DNA from: Eledone cirrhosa
Taxonomy: Eukaryota
Direction of reading: 5' to 3'
DNA: 64,000 nucleotides
Assembly (NCBI GenBank): GCA_964016885.1
Contig: OZ024742.1
Coordinates: 254,324,001-254,388,000, forward strand
A program made the translations under genes and the position numbers. Shown one piece after another: positions 1-11,579 of the stretch; the first letter of the stretch is position 1; each line of letters begins with the position of its first letter. The notes under the pieces are model-generated. The model was given only the letters and a program-made list of their open reading frames with translations. It ran no database searches and was not told where the DNA came from.

Positions 1-1068
1 CTCGTGTCTGAGAGCACGCACCCTTGCTCTGACAACGCAGCCTTCGTGCTTTGCATTGAAGAATTGGTCAAGGGCCAATTTCGCCGCAAGTACGTCGGTC
101 GCGATGCCTTTGCTAAGCGCCTCATCTAATTTTCTAACTAATTCTCCCTCTGCTCTATTTTTCTCTATTGCTAAAGTCTTACTAAACCTAATGGACTCTA
201 TTCTAATTGCTCTTTTCAGAGCAAACCACCACTTGTTGTTGACGATGGCCCCCGTCAACGCCCGCTTAACTAGTTCGCTAATCCGGTCTCTGTAGGCCTT
301 GCGCGCTGGTAAGGACGCGTTTAGCTTCCAGTAGCCGGGTCCTCGTCTATGAAGCCTATCTAAGTCAAGCACACAGATCACGAATTTGTGGTCCGTGTAG
401 CTGACTATCTTGAATTGTGGACAGCCTATGCTAGACCTATCTATTTCCCTACAAAATACTCTATCTAGATATGATCTGGATGACCCTATGCGATTTGTCC
501 AAGTCCACATTGGTACATTCGGGAAATCCATTCGGTACCTGTCAGACAGTTCAAAACGTCTGAGCAGGTTGGTGAGACTCTTGCACCCTCCTTCCCTATC
601 CACTAATCCCACACAATCCCAGCGTGCATCTAAGATCCCGTTCCAGTCGCCCACTAACACTAAAGCGCGGGACGTTCCAAGAAAGGTCTCCAGACGCCGG
701 AAGAAATCAGGCCGCCCTGCTCCTGTCGGGGCATAGACGGCCACTAACCTAAAAGCTTGCCCCTCTCCGCTGGTCACGTCCAGTACCACCAACTTACCTT
801 CTGGGTCCAGGAAGATGGCCCGTATAGCAAGATCCAAACCTCTCCGAAAAAGCACAGCAACTCCACCCCCCGATCCCGGACGGCTGGGAGATGCGTACAC
901 ATCGTAGCCGCCGAAGATTGGTGCGAAAGCCTGTGCTTCGGAGATTCTGGTCTGGCTGATGGCCACTACATCTATGTTTAGTGACCTGAGGTCGTTGAGC
1001 AGGTGGCCCTGCTTCCATGACGACCCCAAGCCACGCGCATTTATGCTGCCTATTCTGAGTGAGGTCAT
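1..1068 (-). CDS. Tx1-like ORF2 N-terminus: APE endonuclease, open to window edge
   Basis: Manual translation MTSLRIGSINARGL..VAISQTR..GGVAVLF..AVYAP..VGDWN..WTW..SYLDRVF..TDHK..GPGYWKLN; absent from the ORF track because it has no stop in the window. Confidence 0.9.
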   Translation of the reverse strand, partial: MTSLRIGSINARGLGSSWKQGHLLNDLRSLNIDVVAISQTRISEAQAFAPIFGGYDVYASPSRPGSGGGVAVLFRRGLDLAIRAIFLDPEGKLVVLDVTSGEGQAFRLVAVYAPTGAGRPDFFRRLETFLGTSRALVLVGDWNGILDARWDCVGLVDREGGCKSLTNLLRRFELSDRYRMDFPNVPMWTWTNRIGSSRSYLDRVFCREIDRSSIGCPQFKIVSYTDHKFVICVLDLDRLHRRGPGYWKLNASLPARKAYRDRISELVKRALTGAIVNNKWWFALKRAIRIESIRFSKTLAIEKNRAEGELVRKLDEALSKGIATDVLAAKLALDQFFNAKHEGCVVRARVRALRHE

Positions 1069-1102
1069 GTTGAAAAGGAGTGGAAGAGATGGGAAAGACC
1101 AC

Positions 1103-2510
1103 TTACCTTACTTCTCGTAGGGGAAGGACGGTTTTTCCATCCTTTTCACTGCTTGTGGCCTCCTCAGGAAGGATGTCCTTATAAATCCTCCTGGAGAGTG
1201 CTTGTCGGAAGTCTTCGATGTCTTTGGGGAATTTTTGTTTTAGTGTCATGTACGTTTTCTGTGTGATGCGAGTGATTTGTATGTGTGGAGGTGGTGTGAA
1301 TTTTGGGGTTGTTGTGTAGTCTTTTTCTGTGATGCTGGTGTTGTGTTGGATGTAGTGTAATAATTGCTTGTTCAAATTTAATGCTGTGTAGTGTGTATCG
1401 TTTTGGTTGTTTTGTTTTGTTTGCGTTTGTTGTGGGTTTGTTTCTGTTTCGCATTTTGGTGACTTTTGTGGTGTAGGTGATGGTGGTGTTGGGGTTAATG
1501 ATGGTGATGGTGTTGGTGTTTGTGTTGATGGAGTTGGTGATGCTGGTGTGGATGGTGGCATATCTGTCCTAACTTTTTTGTTTCTTAATTTATTTGTTTC
1601 CCTCTGTATTTTGTTTTTGGAGGGGGAAGGAAGGGAATTTTTTTTTGTTTCTTTTTCTTTTTTTCTTTTTTCCTGATACCGTTTCCCACTCCTCGTCGTC
1701 ACAATTTGACTCCAGTTGCGATAGGTCGGGGAGTGGAAAATCCTCCACAGGCGTTGGTTTTGGTTGTGGCGTGGAGGATGGTGTAGGCGCTGGTGCTAGT
1801 TCTGGCGCGTTCGGTGGTGGTGGTGTTGGTTTTCCTACTGTTGCTGGGGTTGTTGCTGTTCCAGTTGCTTCTGTTTGTGCTGCCATTTCTGCTGCTGGTG
1901 GTGTTGATGGTTGAATCACTGGGGTGGGTAAGAGAGATGGCCTCAACCTTTTAGCCTGAGGGCAGAAAGCCCTTAGGTGGGTTCCTTCACCACAAACGGC
2001 ACACCTAGGCCTTCTGCCCTCGACGATTACGGTGAGGTGGCTGCCGTCAGTGAGGTCTATTACCTCTGGGATCTCCTCAATGCTTTTTTGGTCCGCTTTG
2101 ATCAGGAGCTCCATCCCAGATCCGGAGAAGTTCTCCTGCTTTTCTTTCGCTATTTCGATTAACTTGGTGTTGGCTTCGATGCCAGCGAGAACGGCAGCCA
2201 TTAGCCAGGGAATTTCGATGGCCGGTGGAACGTGGCTCACCCTGATCTTCACGAGTCTCTGGCCACAATAGCTTGGGACGAGTCTGAAGTTGTCACTTCT
2301 TAATGGGGCCATGGAGTGTTCTCTGGCCTCCTGTGGTGTTTCAAAGAACACGTCCCTGGTTCCATATTTCTGCCCACGTCTGATGTGGGGTTTTTTTGCC
2401 CACACATGTCTCAAAGCTTTTTGGATTTGGGGCTCGGATGCCCGTTCCACTCGGCGCGATTTTATGTTAATCGTCCGATAAGACACGGTGCATAGGCGCC
2501 GATGCTCCAT
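1103..2510 (-). CDS. Tx1-like ORF1 (gag-like nucleic-acid-binding protein), split over two overlapping frames (1590-2510, 1103-1702)
   Basis: CAVCGEGTHLRAFC = CX2CX4HX4C zinc knuckle preceded by VIVEGRRPR; Pro/Thr-rich tail; frames overlap across an A-rich run. Confidence 0.75.
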
Positions 2511-3242
2511 TTTTTAGGTGGGGGTGGGGGTGGGGGAGGAGTGGGGGAGGGGGTGACCCTGTACCCATCTTTCTTTACCATTTTTTGGGCTTCTTCTAAT
2601 TCCTCCTGAGTTACCTGGAATACTTCGCAGTTTTTTGCTACTCTGGCAAAAGACAGGGTTGTTTTCTTAATTTCATTGTTGCTGTTGTTGTTATCGTTAT
2701 TTTTGTTATTGTTAATTTTAGTTTCAGTTGTGGGGTGGTGGCGTCAGTGGTGTTCGGTGTGGAAGAGTTCATTTTGGCTGAATTCGTTTCGATATCACGA
2801 GATAATTTATTTTTTCTTTTGTTTCTGTTGTCGCTGTGGTGGTGGTGAGGGTGGCGGCTTCAACACCTGCAGTCATTGGTAATGGCGGGAAATGAATCTC
2901 TGCATGAGACAAATTTAAATTATTGCTACTATTATATTTTTAGTGTTGGCAAACGTAGTAATATTTACAATGGTGGTGTCGATGTGAGGTGTTAGTTTGT
3001 GAGGAAGGTGTGGCTGTGAGTCGTCCATGATTTTTCAAAGAAATTTTTTTGTTTGATAATTATAAAAGTTTAAATTTTGGGCTCAAGGCCCCAATCATTT
3101 TGAGTGTCCTTTTCCGAAAGCAAATTTTGTGACCTTATAAATAGTTAACAACAAAAATTTTCCATAAATGGCAATTTCAAACAAACGAAAACATAAAACC
3201 TTTGCGGAGCTCACGAGGATACGATTTCCTACGTAGGTCGCC

Positions 3243-3290
<48 letters not shown>
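3243..3290. repeat. (TAA)n microsatellite between Tx1 (-) and Dong (+) elements
   Basis: ~16 AAT units. Confidence 0.97.
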
Positions 3291-4119
3291 TGCTGCCACC
3301 GCTATTCCCCCATTACCTTCTGTTAACTTACGAAAGGGGAAGGTGGCGGTATCACTAGACAATGTTAATAAACAATATTAATATTTAATTTTGGATCAGG
3401 AATGTTAGAGTCGAAAATGAGAAAAATGGCAAAATGACTAAATAGCTAAATAGCTAAAGATAATTTCACCACCAACACCGCCGCCACTACTACGTTAAAA
3501 GCTCTGGTCAAGTTGCCTCGGCCGCTATTTCTACTCCAACTTCAACACCATCGCTACAGTACTACGATCACATCACCACCGCCACTGCCTCATTATCGCT
3601 GTCACCACTATTCTCTCCCACTGCCTCTTGCTAGGTACTACTAGCACAGCACCGCCACCACCACCACCGCCACTGCCTCATTATCACTGCCGCCGCTATT
3701 CTCTCCCACTAGCCCCTGCTACATAGTAGTGTCCCCACTAAAAGACGAAGGCATCAAAATATATAAATAGACTGAATTGATGACCCGGTCAAAATCAAAA
3801 AGCCAAAAATCAAAATCAAAGCAGCACAGCAACAACGAAAAACGTAAAGAAAAGAAAAATGAAGAGAAAAACAAACAGACGGACAGAGAAGGGAAGGGAA
3901 AAACTAAGTCAGACATTCAAACATTACATTAAAATGAAACTTAAGCTTATTCATTTTTGGGGGTTTTTTTTGCCTGTTTATTTGTTTGTTTATCTATGTT
4001 CGTCTACAGCGTGATAATGCCACACAAAAATCACCGGGAGTGACGAAATCACCGGATGTGATGAAATCACCGGTGGTTATGTAACCATACATTCGCCAAT
4101 CCTCGATAAGAGTATTTAA

Positions 4120-7100
4120 ATGTCGAACCTAAACAGTTCGAATAACGGTGAAATGGAGACTAGAATGTCATGTGACAGACTCTCACCCAACAGGTGCTCC
4201 CTGGCTCAGCAGCAGGGACCTGGCTGTCAACCAAATACTGCTGGTGTCGGAGGAAGAAGAAGAAGGAAAGGGACCAGAACCAACTGGACGAAAGAATTGA
4301 ATAGAACTGTTATGCAATGTTACCTGAAGAGTAACCCCAAGGAGAAAGGCTATAGGAAACGGATGCATAACATCTGGAACGAGATTGGTCTATTTAAATT
4401 AGATGAACAAAAATTGTCCGGGCAGGCTCGGGTAATAAGAACTAATGGGTGGATAAGCGAGCTGGAACTGGAGGAACTGAGCAGAGAGATTAGCTTGGAA
4501 ATGGAGACTGGAGTATGCCAGGCAAACGAGCCAGTGGGAAATGAAGGTGAGGAGGTCGAGAAAACGGAAGAACCACCCGAAGCAGACAATGATCTGAATG
4601 CTGAGATAAATAATACCTGGAACAGAGATACGGCCACTGAGGAGATGAATGCTGACGGGCTAGGACAAGATTTGGTTGATATCCTAAACTTAGTGGGAGA
4701 TGAATTGAACAATGATAGTGGGAAACCTATGAACCTAAAATTTGTAGACAGGAAAAAGTTAAAAGAAACAACAGCTAAGGTAAACAAAGTCATCTCATAC
4801 CTTGAGGCGAGGAGCATTCATCAGTGCAACAATATCCTCAAAGCAACAGCAAATACGGTGAGGAAACTACTTGGTATAAAAGCGAGAGGAAACAACAAAC
4901 AAGAAAGATCAGAGCCTTGGTGGAAGAAACGACTGAGTGGTCAAATCAGGGAAATGAGAAATGACATTGGAAAGCTTGAGTCCCTACTGAATGGGACACT
5001 GAAAAAAATAGACACTAAAAATAGACTGGAAATAAAGTACAAAACTAGGAGGAAAAAGATAATTATTATCATAGAGGAACTGAAGCAACGCATTGTAGCA
5101 AAAAGTGCAAAAATCAGGCGATACGAGAGCAGAGTCAGTCAGTATAGACAGAACCGCATGTTCGACAACAACCAGAAGATGCTGTTTGGACAGCTTGAAG
5201 GGAAAGAAAGAGGCAACGACTTGATCCCCGAGGCGAAACAAACTAAAACATTCTGGAGAGGAATATGGGAGCAGGATGTTAAACATAATGACCAGGCAGT
5301 GTGGATTGAGACAGTACAGAAGGAGATTAGTGAACAGGCACACCAACAAACTGATTTGAGTATCCCAGTTGAAACTCTTAAGGGGCAGGCCCCAAAACTA
5401 ACCAACTGGAAATCACCAGGCCCAGATGGTGTGCAGGGGTATTGGATTAAAAATATAACATCCCTCCACCCGAAACTGACAACCATGTTCAATGACTGCT
5501 TGATGTCAGGTGAGGTACCAGAGTGGTTGACAAAAGGTACCACAGTTCTGATAATGAAAGACCGAATCAAGGGTAATGATGTTACCAACTATAGACCTAT
5601 CACATGTCTGTCCGTAATGTGGAAACTGTTGACAAGCATTATGTCTGAGGACATCTATCATCACCTCCACACAAACAACTTGTTACCGGACGAACAGAAA
5701 GGATGCCGAAAGAAGTCACGTGGTACAAAGGACCAGTTACTTATTGATAAGATGGTAATGAGGAATTGCAGGAGGAGACACACTGGTCTTGCCATGGGAT
5801 GGATAGACTACAAAAAGGCATTTGACATTGTGCCTCATTCTTGGATCACTAAAAGCCTGGAGATCTTCAAGGTGGCAGATAACATCACACAGTTGTTGTG
5901 CAAAAGTATGAAGTCCTGGGAAACAGAGTTAACATCAATTGGAGAATCCTTGGGAAGCGTGAAGATCAAGGGAGGTATCTTCCAGGGAGATAGTCTGTCC
6001 CCTCTGTTGTTTGTCCTTGCCCTGATACCCCTGACCAGTGTACTGCGAAAAGTGAGAGCAGGATACAGGTTGGGAAAGGGAGGGCTTACTATCAATCACC
6101 TCCTCTTCATGGACGATCTTAAGCTCTTCGGGAAGAGTGAGAAGGAGTTGGGTGTGCTTGTTGACACTGTCCGTATTTTCAGCAATGATATATGTATGCA
6201 ATTTGGTATTAGTAAGTGTGGAGTCATTGTGATGAAGAGGGGTAAATTGAGCAGAAGTAGCGGAATCCAGGTACAAACAGGTGAGATGATAAAGGAAATT
6301 GACTCTGAAGAAGGATACAAGTATTTGGGTGTTCTGGAAGCTGATGACATCAAGAACAAAAAAATGAAGGAATTGATAAGAACTGAATACATTCGGAGAG
6401 TAAGGAGCGTATTAAAGTCACATCTGAACAGTAGGAATGCCATAAGTGCAGTAAATTCCTGAGCTGTGTCTATTATTAGGTACAGTGCGGGAATTCTGAG
6501 ATGGAATGTTGCTGAACAAAAAGAAATGGATAGGAAGACTAGGAAGCTATTGACTATCTACAACATGTTCCACAAGAGGAGTGATGTCGATAGACTCTAC
6601 TTAAGGAGATCTGAAGGTGGAAGAGGTCTTATCAGCATAGAGGACTGTGTTCAGATGGAGAAAAACAACCTACACAAATACGTGACTGATAGTAAGGAGC
6701 CAATGCTCAGAACTGTACTGAAGGAGGGGACAATAGACCAGGGGATGTCCAAGGAGGAAATAACATCAAGTAGAAAGAGCAGCCTTCAGGAAAAATCCCT
6801 TCATAGTACCTTTTTCGAGAAAACTGAATTCAGAGATCCACAGACATGGACTTGGTTGAAAAGAGGAGACCTTAAAAAGGCTACAGAAGGAATCTTAATG
6901 GCTGCACAGGAGCAGGCCCTCAAAATGAAGTGGTTGAAAGACCATATTTACAAGGAGGAGGCTAGCCCACTGTGCAGGATCTGTGGAGAGAGAGAGAGGA
7001 GACTGTAGCTCACATTGTATCCGAGTGTAAACACCTAGCCCAGACTCACTATAAAGGCTGGAGACATGATGTGATGGGCAGGGTGATCCACTGGCACCTA

Positions 7101-7547
7101 TGCAAAGTAAAAAATTTACCACATTCTGAGAAGTGGTATGAGCATAAGCCAGAGTCGGTGATAGAAAACGATCAGGTGAAGGTGCTGTGAGATTTTAGGA
7201 TACAGACAGACAAGAAACTGGAACATAATAGACCTGACCTGGTGGTTGTGGACAAAGAAAAAAGATCGTGCCTGATTGTGGATTTGGCCTGCCCATTCGA
7301 CACGAGAGTGCAAGAGAAGGAGAAGGAGAAAATTAACCGATACCAGGACTTAAAGTGGGAGGTAAAAAGGATTTGGAACTGCCATGAAGTCAAAGTGGTC
7401 CCGATTGTCATAGGCGCACTAGGGACTATCTCAAAAAGTTTCCAGGGATGGTTAAAGAAAATTGGCCCCTTCACGCTTTTTGGAAAGCTTCAAAAGGCAT
7501 GCTTGCTGGGAACAGCAAGAACCCTCCGATACATCCTGAATATCTGA
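4120..7547 (+). pseudogene. Dong/R4 RT-RLE ORF with three lesions (TGA 6460-6462, GA-repeat frameshift ~6990, TGA 7188-7190)
   Basis: ORF pieces 4120-6462, 6466-7008, 6972-7190, 7242-7547 are collinear with the second copy at 13825-15959. Confidence 0.9.
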
Positions 7548-7621
7548 GGCTGCAGGTAGTGGCTTGATATTCATTTCAACAAACTTTCCAGTTAACTAAC
7601 ATCAATGACTGAGACTCAAAG
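4120..7621 (+). mobile_element. R4/Dong-clade non-LTR retrotransposon, near full length (5'UTR may extend to ~3291)
   Basis: RT motifs [49 protein letters not shown]; CCHC CRICGEREETVAHIVSEC; RHD; REL endonuclease NRPDLVV..IVDLACP..EKINRY; short 3'UTR ending in (TAA)n. Confidence 0.95.
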
Positions 7622-7647
7622 AATAATAATAATAATAATAATAATAA

Positions 7648-7829
7648 TTGTTTCTACTTTTAGCACAAGGCCAGCAATTAACCAGTGCATTACTTGTACT
7701 TTATTTGATCGACCCCGTAAAGATGAAAGGCAAAGTTAACCTCGGCGGGATTTGAACTCGGATTATAGAGGGCCGTAACTCTTTGCTGCAAAGCATGGCG
7801 TCCGACCCTTTACCGATACTGCCAATCCA
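7648..7829 (-). mobile_element. SINE family A (tRNA-like head, GCCTTTCATCC..GGGGTCGAT core, (ATT)n tail)
   Basis: Sense TGGATTGGCAGTATCGG (A box-like), GAGTTCAAATCCC (B box); many related copies in the window. Confidence 0.85.
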
Positions 7830-7869
7830 ATAATAATAATAACAACAACAACAATAATAATATTAATAA

Positions 7870-10390
7870 GTAAGGATGGTGATGTTTGCATACCCTGCTG
7901 GATGAAAAACAAAGCCAGTGAAAGGACATAGGATCTCAGGAGAGTCAATGGCCATCCAAAAATTTGCAAAATCTTCAGCTGAGGAATATAAAATACTGGA
8001 TTGGTGACCAGCACAGGAGAGCTCACTTCAATTTCAAGGTTTGAGGGCTGCCTAAAATTGTTTACGTCTCTCTAGTGATGGTGTCTCAATAAAAATTAAA
8101 AAAAGTCATAGTTGAACTGTAAAACCACTAACTTCAATGAGTGAATTGAATCAAAACATTTGTTCACACAAAGACGTGAATGGTGCTGGAGTTGATAGTG
8201 AAGGTGCCTCGTGTGGCAGGTGCCCTGTGTTAGAGCAGCACAGTCCTGGCTATCATCATGATACTGCTAGAATGAAGTGGTGAAAGGAGGTAAGCAAGGC
8301 TGTTATCAAGTGTTATTTTAGAAGCAGGTCTGTGAATGAAAAGGGTGTGCCAGTTGGAGGTTATAGACAAGGGATGCAACGAATATGTCAGGAGATAAGG
8401 CTCTTTGAATCAACTGAACAGCAGATTTGTGATCAGGCAAGGTCAATACGCAAAAAACAAATGGCTATCAGAAAAAGATAAGCCAGGTGTATTGGGAGGA
8501 TTTAGAAGTTCAGGATGTTGGAGATTCAAATAAAGATGAGATTATGGAATATGATGGAATCCAACAGGAAGAAGATGAATTGAATATTCAAGATGAAGCA
8601 AGAGGTGACATTAACATTGATGAACTGAGGGACATATCAGAAAAAGACAGATGGATGATTGCTGCTATTATGGAGATCTCTAAATCAGGAGTCAGTAATC
8701 TAAAGAATTTTAAAAAGCAAACCAATAACCAAAGAAATAACTAACAAAATAAACAACATCCTTGACAAGATGTCAAGTAGAACCATCACAGAAACCAACA
8801 TTCTAATCAGTGCTGCAATATCTACATTGCTAAAGTGTTAGGTCGGAAACAGATTACACAAAAGCAGATCAAGGAACCATGGTGGTAAAGGAGAATTGAA
8901 GGGGGCATCAAAATACTTAGAAAAGATATTAATATTCTGGAAAGGGTAAAACGAGGTGTATTAAGAAAAAAGCAAACAAGTGAAAAACAAGGCTTCCGGT
9001 TGAAAAAGCTGAGGGCCCTTCATGGGAGATTTGCTAAGAAACTGAATAAAATCTTGAATGGAGAAGAGAAGTTGCAAGAATAGCTAACCGTTGGGAGATC
9101 ATGTGTTTAAAGGACCCCAGTAATGGAAATGCAGTTGACAATTTTAGACCTATCACTTGGCTGGAAGACTGAGATGATATCATGTAGACAGACATTGGGA
9201 GTTGTGAAGATCAAAAGAGGAATATTTCAGGGAGACAGTCTTTCGCCTTTTCTGGTTGTACTGTGTGCGGTTCCACTTTCATTGGTGTTGAAAATGCCAA
9301 AAGCTGGTTATGAATTGGGAGAACTTGAATTTAAGAAAAAACCACCTGCTGTACATAGATGACCTAAAACTTTATGAGAAATCCTATGAACATATTGATT
9401 CCCTTGTACAGACAGTTCATACATTCAGTACGGACATAGGAATGGAATTTAACATAGAAAAGTGTAGAGTGCTACTACTGAAGTGAGGTAGAATTGGTAA
9501 GATGGAAGGAATTATATTACCAGATCGACAAGTTATGAAGGAAAGTGATGACAATGGGTATAAGTACTTAGGCATCCTGGAAATAGACCAAATAAAAGGG
9601 AAGGAAATGAAAGAACTTTCATCAAAGAATTTAAGCAGAGACTGGAATTAAAGTTAAAGACAAAGTTAAGTGGTAAGAATAGGATACTGGCTATCAACAC
9701 ATGGCTGTTGTAGTGCTAAGGTATAGTGCTGGTGTGATAGAATAGAATTGTGATAAACTGAAGGAACATGATATAAAGAACAGGAAAAAGATGACACTAC
9801 ATGTATAAGTTGTATCTATCTCAACAGAGAGGAGGAAGAGGTCTCATCAGCTGTGAAATGTGTGTGAAGTCAGAGAAAATAATTTGGCATGGTATGTAAC
9901 AAATTCAAAGGAAAGATTGATGGCAGGAGTAAGAAAGATAAAGGTCCCAAGTACTGGCGAATCAAAGGAAAAGGGAGAATTTAAACAAGACAGACAGAAA
10001 GACACTTTGAATAGATGCAAGAAAAAAGAAAAAGAATTCCATCGTCAATTCTTGTGTGAAATGCCTGAGATAGTTGACAAAGGTAAGAACAGGGAATGGA
10101 CTAGGTAATGTGACTTAAAAGTTGAAACTGAGTCCCTTATTTTTGTAGCCCAGGAACAGGTACTGAGAACAAACTATATCAAGTTTAATATTGACACATC
10201 AATGAATTCCCCACTTTGCAGGCTGTGTGGTGAGAAAGGTGAGACAATAAACCACATTATTAGTGACTGGAAGATGATTGCTCGGAAAGGGTACAAGAGA
10301 AGGTACGACAACATTGCCAGATTGGTTTATTGGAAGCTGTCATATGTATGACATGAGCAGAAGTGAGAAATGTTATGAACACCAAAAAGG
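7870..10390 (+). mobile_element. Degenerate R4/Dong element, divergent family, 3'-truncated
   Basis: [36 protein letters not shown] relics; starts after TAA tract at ~7830-7870. Confidence 0.85.
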
Positions 10391-10429
10391 GTGCTGCTGA
10401 AAAGCCAAGCAAAGTGCTGCTGAAAAGCC

Positions 10430-11575
10430 GCACATATCTACCCCAGATCGAGTATCATATGCCCATCGTGACCCGCGAAAGATGGGATCATGACTTTGTT
10501 GCCACGAAGTGCCTCCGCCACCCGGGCCCATTGAACGGCTTTATCCCCTCGTGTCTGAGAGCACGCAGGCTAGCTCTGACAACGTAGCCTTCCTGCTTAG
10601 CATTGAAAAATTGGTCGGGAGCCAATTTCGCCGCAAGCACGTCAGTCGCGATATCTTTACTAAGCGCCTCGTCTAATTTGCTAACTAGTTCTCCCTCTGC
10701 TCTATTTTTCTCTGTTACTAACGCTTTACTAAACCTAAGGACTCTATTCTAATCGCACTTTTCAGGGCAAACCACCATTTGTTGTTGACGGCCCCTGTCA
10801 ATGCCCGCTTAACTAATTCGCTACTCCGGTCTCTGTAAGCTTTCCGCGCTGTTAACAATGCGTTTAGGTTCCAATAGACGGGTCCCTGTCTATGAGGCCT
10901 ATCTAAGTCAACCACACAGATCGCGAATTTATGGTCCGTGTAGCTGACTATCTTGAATTGTGGACAGCGTATGCTAGACCTATCTATTTCCCTACAAAAT
11001 ACCCTATCTGGATACGATCTGGATGACCCAATGCGGTTTGTCCAAGTCCACATTGACACATTCGAGAAATCCAACCAGTACCTGTCAGACAGTTGAAAAC
11101 ATCTGAGCAGGTTTGTGAGGCTTTTACACCCTCCTCCCCTATCCGCTAATCCCACACAGTCTAAGATCCCGTTCCAGTTGCCCACTAACACTAAAGAGCG
11201 GGACGTTCCAAGAAAGGTTTCCAGACGCTGGAAGAATTTACGCCGTCCTACTCCTGGGGCATAGACGGCCACTAGCCTGAAAGCTTGTCTTTCTCCGCTG
11301 GTCACGTGCAGCACCACCAACCTACGTTCTGGGTCCAGACTTCTCCGGAACAACACAGCCACTTCCCTCCGACCCGGGTTGCCTTGGAGATGTGTACACC
11401 TGGTAGCCGCCGAAAATGGGTGCAAATGCCCGTGCCTCGGAGTTTCTGTTTTCGCTGATGGCCACCACATCTATGTTTAGCGACCTGAGATCATTCCGCA
11501 GGTGGCCCTGCTTCTAAGACGACCCCAGGCCAAATGCATTTATGCTACCTATTCTGAAAGAAGCCATGTTGTCTA
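10430..11575 (-). mobile_element. Second Tx1-family fragment (endonuclease region only)
   Basis: Collinear with 1-1068 (ORF 10718-11470: AVYAP, WTWTNRIGSSRSY, YTDHK). Confidence 0.9.
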
Positions 11576-11579
11576 GAAT

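Larger units (their letters stand above)
1..3242 (-). mobile_element. Tx1/L1-clade non-LTR retrotransposon, 5' part (5'UTR, ORF1, start of ORF2); runs off the left edge
   Basis: ORF1 with CCHC knuckle followed by APE endonuclease ORF2; the presumed 5' end abuts the (TAA)n tract at 3243-3290. Confidence 0.85.

Noticed and set aside
56-981. Plus-strand ORFs
   Set aside because: Antisense shadows of the Tx1 endonuclease.
4028-4081. TGATGAAA/TGACGAAA repeats as a hammerhead
   Set aside because: No CUGANGA core or compatible stems.
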